A stretch of 63,001 nucleotides of DNA, the filler included, from Octopus bimaculoides (lineage: Eukaryota), in the NCBI RefSeq assembly GCF_001194135.2. It is 5 parts of 5 records of this genome, joined end to end, with 100 filler letters (N's around TTAATTAATTAA, not from the genome) between each part and the next. Parts side by side here need not be neighbours in the genome. Positions count along the whole stretch, not along the records: positions 21,940 to 25,022 come from NC_068991.1; positions 25,123 to 54,466 come from NC_068986.1; 3 more parts are not named here. One strand, written 5' to 3'. The stretch's first letter is position 1, and each line of letters opens with the position of its first letter. Positions 22,080 to 36,260 of this stretch are shown here, in pieces. The position numbers were made by a program, and so were the translations under genes. Below the pieces are notes generated by a model. The model did not search any database and had not been told where the DNA came from. It saw only the letters and a list, made by a program, of their open reading frames with translations.

Positions 22080-24680
22080 CGGTCGACCTTGATAAGACGA
22101 GTAGCCTAGGACCCGAGTACTAGAAGTAAAATATATCGTTCCGGCACTTAAGGCTTACACGAACCGGGTCACCAGTTTAGATAAGCAGAAGTTGACAAGG
22201 GGTGTCGTCAACAACAGGTGGTGGGCGGCTCTCGAAAGGGAGATTAGAATAATATCGATAGGTTTTAGCAAAGAAATAGTGTTAACAAAAATTTGAAATG
22301 AGGAGGGGTTAGTAGCTAAACTAAATGAGGCTATTTGTAGTGTCATTGCAACGGAAGTGCTAGCAGCGAGAAAGGCATTAGACCAGTTCTTCAACGCAAA
22401 ACATGAAGGTTGCATTCTCGGAGCTAAGGCGCGTGCTCTAAGAAACGAGAGGATCAAAGTTCTTCAATGGGCCCGCGTGGCGGAGCCGTAGCGTGGTAAC
22501 AAAACAACAATTCGGTCTTTGACGTACCGAGACGGACAGGAGCTGAGTGATTCCAGGCAGATGTGTGAGGCTTTTCGCCAGAACTTTGCTCGGTTGTTGT
22601 GGTGGAGCGGAGATGGTGGCATACTTTAGTTCCTACTTCAATGGATTGCCGCGTCTCTCGACGGCCGTCACTGAGCACTGTGAGAGGCAAATAACTTCAG
22701 CCGAAATTCAGAAGGCCATTGTCGGTTGCAGGAAGCACAAGTCAACAAGTTTAGATGGTCTGCCCTATGAACTTTACATTAATATGCCAGACTTGTTCTC
22801 TGATCTTCTCGAGGCGCTCTTCTGCAACTGGCAGCAGAATGGGAGCATTCCGAGTTCTGTGAACCGGGGCGTAGTGACGCTGATACGGAAATACGAAACA
22901 AGAGGGGCACATTAGTTAATTTCAGGCACATAACTCTACTTAACACAGAGTTTAAGATTTTGGCCAAGGTATTAGCAAAGGCGTTTGACACAGGAGAGTT
23001 CCGTTGGCGTATGCGGACGACATCACCGTCATGGTGTCGGAGACCTCAAAACTCGGGGTGGTTGGCATATCATTGGAACAATATGAAAAGTTGACAGGAG
23101 CAAAACTTAACCCGGGAAAGTCGGTGGGCTTGCAACTCGGCACCTGGAGAGGCAAGTCCATGCCGTCCAACAACGTCGTTGGGTGCTGGACGGACGGACC
23201 GGTAAAGTTGTTTGTGTTTGGTTCGTACCAGACCTCCAGGTGGATAAGAATTGGGAGAAAGTGACACGTAGGGTTGCCAGTATCACCCAGAAATGGGCTG
23301 GGAGGAATCTATCACTGAAAGGTCGAGCGGAGATGGTGAATGCGTACATCGCGTCCGTCATTTACTACCGCTTGACCGTCGTGCCTTGCCTCCGATCGCG
23401 CCTTGGCAAGTTAGATCGCCTCCTCTTCAAATTCCTTTGGAGGGGACAGGTTCCATTGGTGAGGTGGTCCATCTGCTACCAACACCCTCTACGCATGCCA
23501 TGGATAATGATGCGCAGACATGCGTTGAAGCTGTCGCATCTCCAGATATTGTGCCTAAACGGTGAACAGGTGTAGTCGCTGTTTGTTAATCAGGCTTTTC
23601 CACAGCTCGTATCATTGATTGAGTTGCAGTTCTAGGTCAAGAAGAGACCGAGGAGGGGTGACTGGCATCTGGAATGTTTCCAGGCACTCACCGCCCTCTA
23701 CCAGGCGAGCAATGCGATCTGTGGAACATCCATTCTTCAGCTCTATAGAGGGTTTAGTGGAGGGAAAGAGTGAGACGCATTTGAAGAGACGCTAGGCGTT
23801 GACGAAATCAAACTAACCGGTCTGTTTAGGAGGACTTTTGAGCCGGGAACAATGGATAACTTCCAGAAATACCTAGCTTGGCACTTCTACCGTTGGGCAC
23901 TGCCAGTTCGAGATAAACTCTACAGACACGGACGTGCTGTTAGACGGGCCTGTCCGAGATGCTCGCAGAGCACGAAACGTTTCTGCATGCACTCGTCCAG
24001 TGTCCTTGTATTACTGACGATTGGAGTTATGTTGAACAGCTGTTATCACGTGTTGGGGATCCGGCTATCGGAGGAGTCTACAATGGAGATCGATCTGCCG
24101 CTTTCCATCGGCCCGGAAGGGTAGGCAATTTTCCTCTGTCTGATAGCAGTAGCGAAAGAGATTGCATGGTGGACTAGGTTGAAAGGACTGAAGACAAACA
24201 CTTTTCTCTTCGGCCAATCCCTCATAAACTTCTTCAAATATCACTTGGCTAGGAAGATGAGGGTGGAGAGAGAAGTGCTGCCTCCCAGTATATTTGCTAA
24301 AAGGTGGGTGAATGTGGCGAAAATGGCACATGTGAGTGGGCCTACTCTAATAATGCACCTGTAGGCTAGTGAATTTGAGAGGGAGAAGAGTGCTCTTCCC
24401 AAATGCTCTCGAAGTGTCGAGTGGTTCAGAATTGGTGGGGTACCTGAGCCAACTCTAGGTGGTTATTCCCCTCCCATTGGGGATCTTTCATTGTTATATT
24501 CTTTTGTTGGATATCAATTGTTTTAATTGTGTACTCGTTGTTTTGTGTAACAAACTCGTTGTTTTAATTGTTATTGTTTTAATTGTGTACTCGTTGTTTT
24601 GTGTAAAATCCTCACTATCCATGTTTACTGTATCGCCTCCTATATGTCGGCCCTTGTGTCTAATAAATGAAATAAATGAA
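22080..24680 (+). mobile_element. Tx1/L1-clade LINE, 5'-truncated, internally deleted and frameshifted
   Basis: LDGLPYELY, NRGVVTLIRK, KILAKVLA, KAFD, AYADDITVMVS, WAGRNLSLKGRAEMVNAYIASVIYYRL, and C-terminal ALPVRDKL...CPRC...ETFLHALVQCP. The 3' end has aataaa motifs next to (ATT)n. Confidence 0.9.
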
Positions 24681-24691
24681 ATTAATTATTA

Positions 24692-24741
<50 letters not shown>

Positions 24742-24742
24742 G

Positions 24743-25022
24743 TTCAGTAGCTTTATTTTTATAACGTGCTTTCACTTCACTACCGTGCGCAGCTCTGTGC
24801 GCCTTGGGTATGTGCTGTGGTTTGCTGTGGTGCTCTTATGTTTACTGTATTGAAAGTGTTTTGCGTAGAATGTGTGCAGTACCCAGTAGTGCAATTTTCT
24901 GTATGTTATATATATTTGTAAGTCCTGGTGTTTTTGTTATGTATTTGTCTGAATATTTTTTTTATTATACCTAAGGCACCTACTATGATAGGAATTGTTT
25001 CTGTTTTTAGATTCCACATTCG
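24743..25022 (-). mobile_element. R4/Dong-type (RLE) LINE 3' end
   Basis: The reverse complement encodes RMWNLKTETIPIIVGALGIIKK...IQKIALLGTAHILRKTLSIQ*, then a 3' UTR running into (AAT)n. Confidence 0.75.
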
Positions 25023-25122
25023 NNNNNNNNNNNNNNNNNNNNNNNNNNNNNNNNNNNNNNNNNNNNTTAATTAATTAANNNNNNNNNNNNNNNNNNNNNN
25101 NNNNNNNNNNNNNNNNNNNNNN

Positions 25123-25171
<49 letters not shown>

Positions 25172-27119
25172 CATAAATATATATATATACATATATATTC
25201 TTAGTCTTTTTTTATATCTACCATTGGCGTTATGTATGTACATACATGTATATATTACGTTGCGGACGTTTATCTCTATCTCTCTCTGTGGATGTCTGTG
25301 CGTGTGTATTTATGTGTGTGCGTGTGTATTTATGTGTGTGCGCGCGCGTGCGATTGTGTCGGAAGAATAAGTTTCATGCTTTGCGAATTTATAATTTAAT
25401 GATTCTTAGTTAAGTGCAATTATTTGTTTTTACGTTACGCATTTTATTGAATAGATTATTATTTCTTTTTTTCTAATTGGAAATGTTCGTCTCTACAATA
25501 ATGTTTGACATATATTTTTAGAGGATTTTAAAGAACTAATCCGATTGCTTGCATTAATGTTATGAGTTCCTTGTGCATTGTTCTAAATATTGTAAAATTA
25601 TTGCGCAGTAACTAAATAACTCGCATTATTTTTCCTTATATATTTTTTATTTGTTTTATTTTTAATCAGCACCTACATATTTGTGATAAATGAAATATTG
25701 TTAGTTTTTCAGAAGGACTCGCCGTTATCAAATTTAACTCATTTTCTGAACAAAGTTTATTACTTATATTCTTTAGAAACCCTGATGTTAAATGACTTTT
25801 GAAAACGAATCATGCTTATTTAATTTAACAAAATGATTTTGCATTTCTTATCTACACTGGTATCAGCAATATAATATGATATTGAGTGTCACCATATTTC
25901 TCGACTCCTCTTACTTTTCCATTCGTGTATATTAGTTTTAAAATGTTCTTTGAAGCTTCTGAATTTAAGAAGTATTCGTCAACAAAACTGTAATGTAACA
26001 ATTACTTGCAATTAATTTAATGCATTTAACCATAATAATTCTGCTTTTGAGATATGGGGGACCAAGATTCTTATGATTATTTCAAGACATTATATTAACA
26101 TGACTCCTGAAATTTCTTACCTTATTGCTGTTAAACTACGTACAACATACCATTCAGTAGTATCAGATCAAGTTATATTAACAGTATATTTCAATCATTC
26201 TTTTCAATTCTCCTCAGTATTGTCATGCAGCCATTTATCCTGTGCGGAGTAGATGTGTATGTACATATATTTAAATTTGGAATAATTTTCCACGATCACC
26301 GTCTTATGTAAGCTGTGCATTTTGTGTATGAGAGTTATTGAAATTCATGAATTAATAATTATTTCCAAATGTATCTCCAGCATATTATATTATAGCATAA
26401 AGTTCACATAAATTGTCGTCAATCATATACACTAATATAATGAATAGTTGTGTAATAGTATTAGTTTGTGTAGTTAATCCCATTTATATTTTAGTTTGCA
26501 ATCTAAGAATATTGCACTGAATATACCTATCGCATAACATTCTTTCGGTACATCAAGGAATCTGATTCATTCACGATAAGACGGCAATCTAGAATTCTAG
26601 AACTTAATGACTGTATATTTTAAATTTTAAGTAACTGAAATATCGACCAATCTGCAACGATATTTCCCAATTTTCCTAGTTGCATATGCAGTAATATATT
26701 GCAGTATAGTGTTAGTGTATATGGAAAATAAGACAAGGTATAAAGCGCTAAAATGATTTTATGAAATACATTTTGTAACGGTTAGTACCGGTTTCAGTCT
26801 TTTCGACTTTTTGAGCTAAGAGTAATACAAAGCTGAATATTAATTAAGAAAAAACAAATTAAATTGAAGAAAAAATTAAATGAAATGCTTAGTAAATATT
26901 TCCATTGTCTTCAAGTAGGTAGGACATTTTCCTCTTTTCTGTATGTCTGTCTGTCTGTATGTCGGTCTGTCTCTCTTTTTATTTGTGAAGTGTCGGTAGG
27001 TAGTAACAGATTTGAAAAAGAAAATAGATTTGATGGGTGCGGAGAAAAAGGTGGATCTCAAGTTTGATGGTTCAAGTAGCAGCCGAAGAAGGAGAAGGCG
27101 AAGACGAAAAAGAATAATG

Positions 27120-27235
<116 letters not shown>

Positions 27236-27473
27236 CATAATCATAATCATAATAATNNNNNNNNNNNNNNNNNNNNNNNNNNNNNNNNNNNNNNNNNNNN
27301 NNNNNNNNNNNNNNNNNNNNNNNNNNNNNNNNNNNNNNNNNNNNNNNNNNNNNNNNNNNNNNNNNNNNNNNNNNNNNNNNNNNNNNNNNNNNNNNNNNNN
27401 NNNNNNNNNNNNNNNNNNNNNNNNNNNNNNNNNNNNNNNNNNNNNNNNNNNNNNNNNNNNNNNNNNNNNNNNN

Positions 27474-27693
27474 NTAATAAAAAAATATTCAGACAAATAC
27501 ATAACAAAAACACCAGGACTTACAAATATATATAACATACAGAAAATTGCACTACTGGGTACTGCACACATTCTACGCAAAACACTTTCAATACAGTAAA
27601 CATAAGAGCACCACAGCAAACCACAGCACATACCCAAGGCGCACAGAGCTGCGCTCGGTAGTGAAGTGAAAGCACGTTATAAAAATAAAACTA

Positions 27694-27698
<5 letters not shown>
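27474..27698 (+). mobile_element. R4/Dong-type LINE 3' end, near-identical to the 24743 copy
   Basis: IKKYSDKYITKTPGLTNIYNIQKIALLGTAHILRKTLSIQ* plus UTR, followed by (AAT)n(AAG)n. About 3 differences from the other copy. Confidence 0.75.
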
Positions 27699-27786
<88 letters not shown>

Positions 27787-27797
27787 AAGAAGAAGAA

Positions 27798-27829
<32 letters not shown>

Positions 27830-30800
27830 AGAGAAGAAGAACAACAAGAACAAGAACAAGAACAAGATCAAGAATAAGAAAAAAAGGAGAATAAACAAAA
27901 CAACAACGGGAGTCGTATGACCGAGCAGTAGTGTCTTACCGTGGTATCTACTTTAATGCTAAAGCGGCGTGAAAGTGACCTGTTGTGGTAGTAGTAGTAG
28001 TAGTAGTAGTGGTAGGAACTGTTCATGATAAATTCATAGGCAGCGACTTAATACACCTATCTTAGTGTATTTACGTGCGTATTATTATAAGATTCTTGTA
28101 GTAGTGTCTGTTGTGGTGGAAGCATTCAAAAGAGGTTTATATTTTGCGATAAATATGATTCTTTGCTAATGAGCTGATTACAGGCTGCATAGTCCCTAAG
28201 TTTATTGAGTGGAAATATTCTAAAGTTTGACTGTTCATTAGCTTTCCGCTCTTTTTTACTGTCGGTTCGGATGTTGTTGACGAGTTTGTATATATATGAA
28301 TAGAAATATATATATATATATATATATGTATATTTATATATATAGTGACGTGGGTGTATATATCTATCTATCTATATGTGTGTGTGTGTTTGCGTATGTG
28401 CGCGTGTACGTATATATATATATATATATATATACGGGTGTGTTTGTAAGTAAAGATATGCAATGTTTATATATTGAAGTCTGCTTAAAAACACGGTTTA
28501 ACAACAGAGTGGCAATTAATTCAGTCGCCCAAATAAAGAATCTATCTATCTATCTATATGCATGAACGCATATATTTAGTGGTGTATGCAAATGATAATA
28601 TGATGAGTGTCATGGCATAGGCTATTAATTTGTGCAGGCAACGTTGTGATAATTTCGGCGTACATTTATAGATTTTGAGTGATACATTATAAGCAGTATG
28701 TACCATCAATAATCATCTATACATATTTTGTTGGAGAATACGTTAGAAAGATTTCTACAGACATAGTAACTTCAAAATACAGTGTATAACTGTCAAGATC
28801 ACTGTCCGTTTCTTACTAAATTCTATTAAAGTTTCCAAAACAATCGTAGATTAGTCATGTTACGTCTTACACTACCAGTACACTTTAACTTGTGTAACAG
28901 CATTTGTACGTTCGGAGATTTTAATTCCAATTTCCTTTCTGCTCTATATTTAGTATTTCCCTCTTACGTTTTCCTAGTGTTGTAATTATTTATATGGATA
29001 GGAGTTATCGAAATCTAAAGCCTGATGAATCAGCACATTTCGACTAGCTGTGCATGGCAATATGTTTGTATTGGAGCAGAAGTTATAAGAGTCTATACCA
29101 GATATAATTAACTATCGGTAGTTGTAATTTCATACTACGTAACATTTCAAATAAATGACATAACCCCGAGCAGCCACCACCTAAGGATATATTTAAGTGC
29201 TAATTTGAATTTCGCTGCAACTAGAAGAAATCATTATCAAATTTTGTCATTTTATAACAGAAATATAAGAGAATGAAGATAAATTACGTTTCTAATATAT
29301 AATTATACAATCTATGATTTTAACTAGTTAATAATATTCATGTCATCGTTTCATGACTTAGAACTTTCATTTCTTGAAACCCTTGTATTATATGTCTGCA
29401 GAGCTAAGCTCTGTACATTCTGAAACTTAAAAACACTTCTGAACACACCGTGTCTATGATTTGGTTGTTAGTTCGTGTAGAAACAGTTTCATTTGTAATT
29501 ATGCATCCTTAGAAAATAAAGTAATTAATGAAATTTTAGAACCCAAGGTTGAAACTGGAATAATTGATACTACAATACTCCTGCAGTTCCGTTTCTTTGA
29601 CAATAAAAATAAAAGCTTTTGTCTTCATTACTATAAGATTAATAAAACAATCGTGTTGAGATATTTGAAATTAGAGTTAGAAGCACATGAGAACATAATT
29701 GAGCTTGACAATGTACAAGAGTAATACAATATAAATATATATGTTGTCAATTCCCTTAAATAATATTTAATGAGTCAATTATGTTGTTTTAAAGATATGT
29801 TTTTTATTGATATATTCATTAGTTACAACGCTGGCAAAATTCTATATGCTAATAGAAATACATTTTTTGTTCTCTCAGTGGGTTAACAGCATCCTACGTA
29901 TAAAATAGGTTCTCATAATGTCTAATAACATATGCATAAATGTTTTAGCAACTTATATGGAATACAATTATTACGTTAATACTTGGTATTGTTGATAATT
30001 TGCGTGCACACAAGTATCATTACGGTGCTCAATATGGTGCTGATTTTAGAGTTAAACCCTGAGGGAAAAGCTTTTAAATTTAAACACATCAAGCAACTGG
30101 AGATTGGAAAACTGCTTAAACGTCTAAATAATCACATTGTACGTTTTCACAATTAACTATTATTTTCATTTCATATATATTAAATGATCGTAAAAATGTT
30201 CCGTTATCACCCAGGGGATATGCTATGTGCAAATTATAGACGCGGATAAGTGTTTCCGTTAAAAAACATGTTAGGCATTTAGAGATAAATGGTACAGTGG
30301 CAAAACATAAGGGAAAAGGATTACAGATGGTTAATGCAATCATTACAGAGTCAAACTTTAAATATCCATCCAGCACAGAAAACCTAAGTGATTTTAATTT
30401 GCAGCCATATTTAAAGATGGTTGTGTGTGTAAGCAATTTCAATACTAACACAAAGCCAGTATTTGAACAACCTATAGTGACATATGTTTATATACATGCA
30501 TTATTTATGTAAATCAGTAGGTCAATGAAAAAAATGATAAATGCTGCATAACCATTATTCAAGCCTAGCGTAATAGACTACTGTTATTTTTATACAGAAG
30601 TCAATTTAAATATATATATATACATTCAAGACTGTGATTTTATTCACTAGTGTTTTCCCTGCTACTGTAAAAGGAAGCCAAAAATATATTGATCCAGTAT
30701 ATACACGCACCTATAAATATACATTCAGACTGTGATGATTCTATGTAAATAATAATCTTGTTTGACCTAAGATGATTGCCGATCGTGTGTGCGATAATAG

Positions 30801-31758
30801 CAGAGAAAGACAATATAAGGCGCTAAAATAATGCTCTCATCTGTAGTAGTATGAATGCCAGATGAAGTAAAACCAACACATTATATAAAGAAAACATTCT
30901 CGAAACAATAGAGTCAAAGCAAAGCAATTCTAACAAGAGTATTGATCGGGCCAATCCTACTACATTTCAATGTGGGAGAAACTTTTCCAGTTATCTTATC
31001 ATAGCAGACATTAACACCATCAAACCGTTCCACACCTTATGAAACATCAACTGATTATAATCTACATTCTCAACACTTAAAATATCGCCACCATTTTTCC
31101 TACTACTACGGCAGGCGTATCAGATTTTCGTTGGGAATAAAAACAAAAAGTTCTTGACACTTGAATCGACACAGTAAAGAAAGCCATAATTGACTGTGGT
31201 ATTTATACGCTTCTATTCGTCTTCCTTTGCTATTAATGTGACATATATATGTCAGCTCTAGAGATATTTTGCTTCCCGGTACTATATTTCGTTTCACTGC
31301 CTAACATTGGAACCGTGTAGAATTTTATTACTTTTATGATTCTCTGTAGCAGCCGATATTTTCGATTCTCAGAGGACCGGAACGAGGTGGATTTAGCAAA
31401 ACGAGAAGGTTGTCAGTACTTTTGCAGCAATTTATACACTCCCACTTGTGCACGCCCAGTATTTTTTGCTGCAACATATATGCACCCACTATATACTGAA
31501 TTCAGTGAATTCACAACTAGGAAAATGCAACAGCTTGGAAAGTTTTATTAAAATGAACTATTGACTACAATTTAAAATTAGTTGCAACAACAATGGAGTA
31601 TATATGATGAAGAAAATAATTTTTTTGATAATGACGACGAACAGTTTAACAATCATATCGACGGAATAGAGTAATTTTAGACAACAGTCGAACAGGCACA
31701 AATTCAGGAAACAAAAACACTTTGCTCTGAACTATGTGTGTGTCTGTGTTTGTTTGTT

Positions 31759-31815
<57 letters not shown>

Positions 31816-32719
31816 NNNNNNNNNNNNNNNNNNNNNNNNNNNNNNNNNNNNNNNNNNNNNNNNNNNNNNNNNNNNNNNNNNNNNNNNNNNNNNNNNNNNN
31901 NNNNNNNNNNNNNNNNNNNNNNNNNNNNNNNNNNNNNNNNNNNNNNNNNNNNNNNNNNNNNNNNNNNNNNNNNNNNNNNNNNNNNNNNNNNNNNNNNNNN
32001 NNNNNNNNNNNNNNNNNNNNNNNNNNNNNNNNNNNNNNNNNNNNNNNNNNNNNNNNNNNNNNNNNNNNNNNNNNNNNNNNNNNNNNNNNNNNNNNNNNNN
32101 NNNNNNNNNNNNNNNNNNNNNNNNNNNNNNNNNNNNNNNNNNNNNNNNNNNNNNNNNNNNNNNNNNNNNNNNNNNNNNNNNNNNNNNNNNNNNNNNNNNN
32201 NNNNNNNNNNNNNNNNNNNNNNNNNNNNNNNNNNNNNNNNNNNNNNNNNNNNNNNNNNNNTATATATATGGCATGCTACGTATGTTTACATGCTGGAAAT
32301 AACAGTCAAAACAATTATTTAGTTGAACAAATCGCCCGAAGACTTATTCGTTAGAAGCCTAGTACTTATTCTATCAAACTTCTAATTTACGGGGATGTAA
32401 ACACATCAACATCTCTTGTCCAACGACGGTGGTTGGGACAAACGCAGAGAAAATGATCATGAAATGAAGATTCAATACAAATACTACAATTTGCAAGAGA
32501 GGAAGCACGTCAAGAGCTAAAACAGCACAAAAGTGGGGTATGGAACATTTCAGTGCTGCTCTAGTATTTTTTGTTTTTCAGTTATATATACTTCATATTC
32601 AAATTGATAATTCTAATGCCGCATGATTGTTCGCATTGCTCTCTGACAAAAGTCAAGTTTATGTTGTAAATATTTTGTCAAAATAAATGAATTACTGCAG
32701 AATGAGAAAGGACCTTATA

Positions 32720-33561
32720 ATTTAATAACGGATTTCGAATAGCAGCCCATAAAGGATTTCTGGAATCGTTTCCTGGGTCAAAATTAGCGTGCTGCTTGTT
32801 TCATTTAAAAACACAAAATGTGTAGAAGTATGTTGCACAAGGTCTGAAATGCAGATATCACAAAGACGACAGTTTTAGACTAACAATGGCCTCCTGCCGG
32901 TTGATGAAGTTGTAGGTGGATATGAACAACTTGTAAATGGGAATGATATTCTACAGTGAATTGTATTGTATCCTATTTTGAAAATGATTATATCGGACCA
33001 CTTATAGGAAGAGGACAGAGAAGTCGACACCTTGAACCTCCATTTCCATTACCTATAGAGAATATTTGGGATCGATGTATGACGGGGATAGCTCGTACTA
33101 CAAATAGTAATGAAGCTTACAACAGCGCGCTAAAAAAGAGTGAAAATTAGTCATCCAAATATTTGGAAACTTATTGATGTGATTAAATGTGAGGAGAAGT
33201 TTGCCAGTACCAAATTGCAAAAGCTTATGCAAGGAGAAGAACAACGCCAAAAGAAAATAAAAAACGAAAAATAAATAAGAGATATGAACCTGCTTATAAA
33301 AAATGTCATAGAAATGTATGATCGACGCCACGAAATTATTTATTTTTAGAAGCAATTGCATTCAAACTTAAATTTTAAGAAAATATTAATTTGTAAAACT
33401 GCAAAACTTAAAATAAACGTTTTTTTTTTTTTTTTTTACTTTAAATTCAGATTATTCGTTCTTCCATTTTTCCCTATGACGCCGACGAATTGTTCAACGA
33501 CGATTTGACTGGAGACAAATTAAGCGACGACGCATTGCCGTTGACAAATTGACCAGACGCC
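32720..33561 (+). mobile_element. MULE (Mutator-like) transposon relic: transposase C-terminal part plus one terminus
   Basis: TDFE, CCLFHL, SYFENDYIG...RTTNSNEAYNS and HPNIWKLIDVIK appear across broken frames. The end has short gacgaattg/gacaaattg subterminal repeats finishing ...gaccagacgcc. Confidence 0.8.
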
Positions 33562-35861
33562 TTAAATTTTAATATAAACTTCGAAGGAGGATCATTTGTA
33601 TGAGCTGTAAGCTTTCAGCACACATGAAAGCACGCACACATACGGAAACACATACTCGGAAACCCTCCCACACACACGCACAAGTAAATTATATATGTGT
33701 GTGTGTATGAAGTGCAGTTTGCTTATTATACGCAATGGACCTTATTTCAACAAACTATATGTATATATACACATATATATACACAGTCACACACGCGTTA
33801 ATATCTGAGTACATGAATTCCGTGTCGAATGAGTATTAATGTATGTAATAGTTCCAAATTGCCTTTACCCAGCGTATCGCTACTTACCTTTCCTTCCGCT
33901 AATGTCTGTGATCCCTTCTTTTTTTTTCCTTCATATACACAGACAAATACAAACATACATACACACATTTATAACCATTTATAAAACATAACGAAAACTG
34001 CATTTCACAAATGCGATGCTTTTACTTCCCTATATTTCCCTTAATATTAATTAGCAGGAGTCATCCTAAATCCATTATAGCAATCGATTCAGCTCTTAGA
34101 ATAGCAGCAACAGCGCAAGAAAATTACAAGTCATGAGGAATTATAGACTTTGAACATATTGGAGACGATCAAATTCTGTTGTGTGATGTGAGATAAATAT
34201 CATTTACACAAGACAATATATTTGAACAGTGATTGGTGACTGGAAACATTTATAGCTGAGTAGACACAGCAGATCTATATATGTGGAAATAACAAAGACA
34301 TAGATTTATCTATAAAACATTCTTCCAATATATATGAGTTAAGACATGGCCAAGATATAGTGGTCTGATTGATTAAAATATGTTTAATTTCAACAGTAAT
34401 ATAGTATAGAGCATAGAATTATTTGAATGCATCAAACTATCTATAAGATGGACACTGAACAATGAGATATAGAGCGCACGAATCAATGCAAGTTTAAAAT
34501 CATAGACTTAGCTAATAGAGAACAGCATATTGTCTGAATATTTCTTTTTAAAATTATACACTGAACAAAATGAAGGAAATTAAATTATACAGTAGATCTA
34601 CACATCATAAAAATAGTTTCAGTCGAATCACTTAAATTAATTTAAGCCGCTCGACATGAAAATAAAATACATTACATACTGCACACTTGACTACCATTTT
34701 GAAACTAACAAAGATAGTCGTAGTGGTGAAGGTGTCTGATAAAAATATCTATTGCAATCTGAAGACAGATTGTCTGGAAAATATTTAGAAGCATAACCGA
34801 ATTCGTTTTATTGACATGGCAGATGTAAATATTTTCCCCATTATAAAGGCTCTGATTTGAATGCATGCAGCGTGGTAAACACCGTTAATATCACCAAGGT
34901 ACTGTGTGTTGGAGGGAGTGACCTAATGCAGTACCAAACAACTTACAACCTAAAACACTCACTGAAAAATAAATATAATAAAATTACTTGTAAGGATTTT
35001 GGAAATTCGGTCAAAACTTGGGGAGGAAATATTACTTAATTTTATCCACTCCAAGAACGGAAAACAATGTTGAATTTAGTGTGAATTAAACGCAGTGAGC
35101 TCACTGAAATACAACAGGGATTTCACTCCAGCCTCTAGCAGGCATTCAAGTAAAGTATCTAATAATGCGATAAGCTTTAATAGTGGTAAATTCTGCAGTT
35201 AAGAGCGAAATATACTTCTAGATCTAAATTCACTTCTTTACACAGTCTTCCAGATTGTCATCACCTGATGATATCGTGACGTACCTTATGGCTACCTATA
35301 TGCACTTTAAATATTTTTCTTTGCTAATCCCAAAATTTCGTCTATTCCTATGTAACTGCGTCACACTTCCAGTGAAGTTGTTAGGTCTGGCTGAAGAATC
35401 AACTTTCTTTATAATCGTAATAAATATAAAATTTATGTTCGTGTAACTGCTAATGTACCTATTTATATATTGGTTTTACGAAATAGTACTGGTATTTTGA
35501 GGTAATGTTATTTTGTACAGTTGCATTTGTTTTATTCATGTTGTCAATAGTAATAGCGTCGATGTTATTAATATACCGTTGTTGTTGTTGTTGGCATTGC
35601 TCTTACGCCTTTACCAACACAGTTATTGTAGCTTTCGCTTTACGTAATAGCCATTATTTTCAATATGACTTACAAGATTCTCCGATAGCGTTGAATGGTC
35701 TCACATATTGTAAAAGTTCATTGACACTAATACTTCCGGAGTCATGTTATTACCTTGAATGCAATAAATAATAAAATCTACAAATATTTTTGCTACAGTA
35801 ACAAAAACATTAAAAAAATATTACTTTAGTGGTATTATATAAGTTGCATCTTCAGTCCAAA

Positions 35862-35927
<66 letters not shown>

Positions 35928-35929
35928 CA

Positions 35930-36260
35930 TACTAAGAGAGACAAATACAGTCAGATCATTGATGTAGCCATACCAAATAACATGAATGTTGTGAATTAGG
36001 TAGTTGAAAAAAAATCACCAAGTACTCCGAATTGAAAGTGGAAATGACAAGACTATATGGAATGCGAGAGGATAATGTAAAAGTGATACCAGTGGTGATC
36101 GGAGCCTTGGGCTCAATCCTATTGCAACTTCAAGACTTCTTATGGTAATTGGAAATCTCATGCAAGATTGATGTTTTGCAAAAAGTAGCTTTATTGAGCA
36201 CAGCGCACATCTTAAGGAATACATTACCTGTCTGAGATCCTTGTAACTTTACAGATGACT
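35930..36260 (+). mobile_element. Older R4/Dong-type RLE endonuclease fragment directly after (TAA)n
   Basis: IIDVAIPNNMNV...KYSELKVEMTRLY...VIPVVIGALGSI...LQKVALLSTAHILRN, with stops. The 5' junction abuts (AAT)n at about 35863-35926. Confidence 0.75.

Noticed and set aside
30297-30512. ORF with VSNFNTNTKPVFEQP resembling a cadherin DxNDNxPxF motif
   Set aside because: The acidic calcium-binding residues are absent and there are no other cadherin motifs nearby.
31106-31297. RNIVPGSKI resembling a Merlin/IS1595 transposase
   Set aside because: A single short motif; the expected SD..AY and VNH motifs and TIRs were not found.
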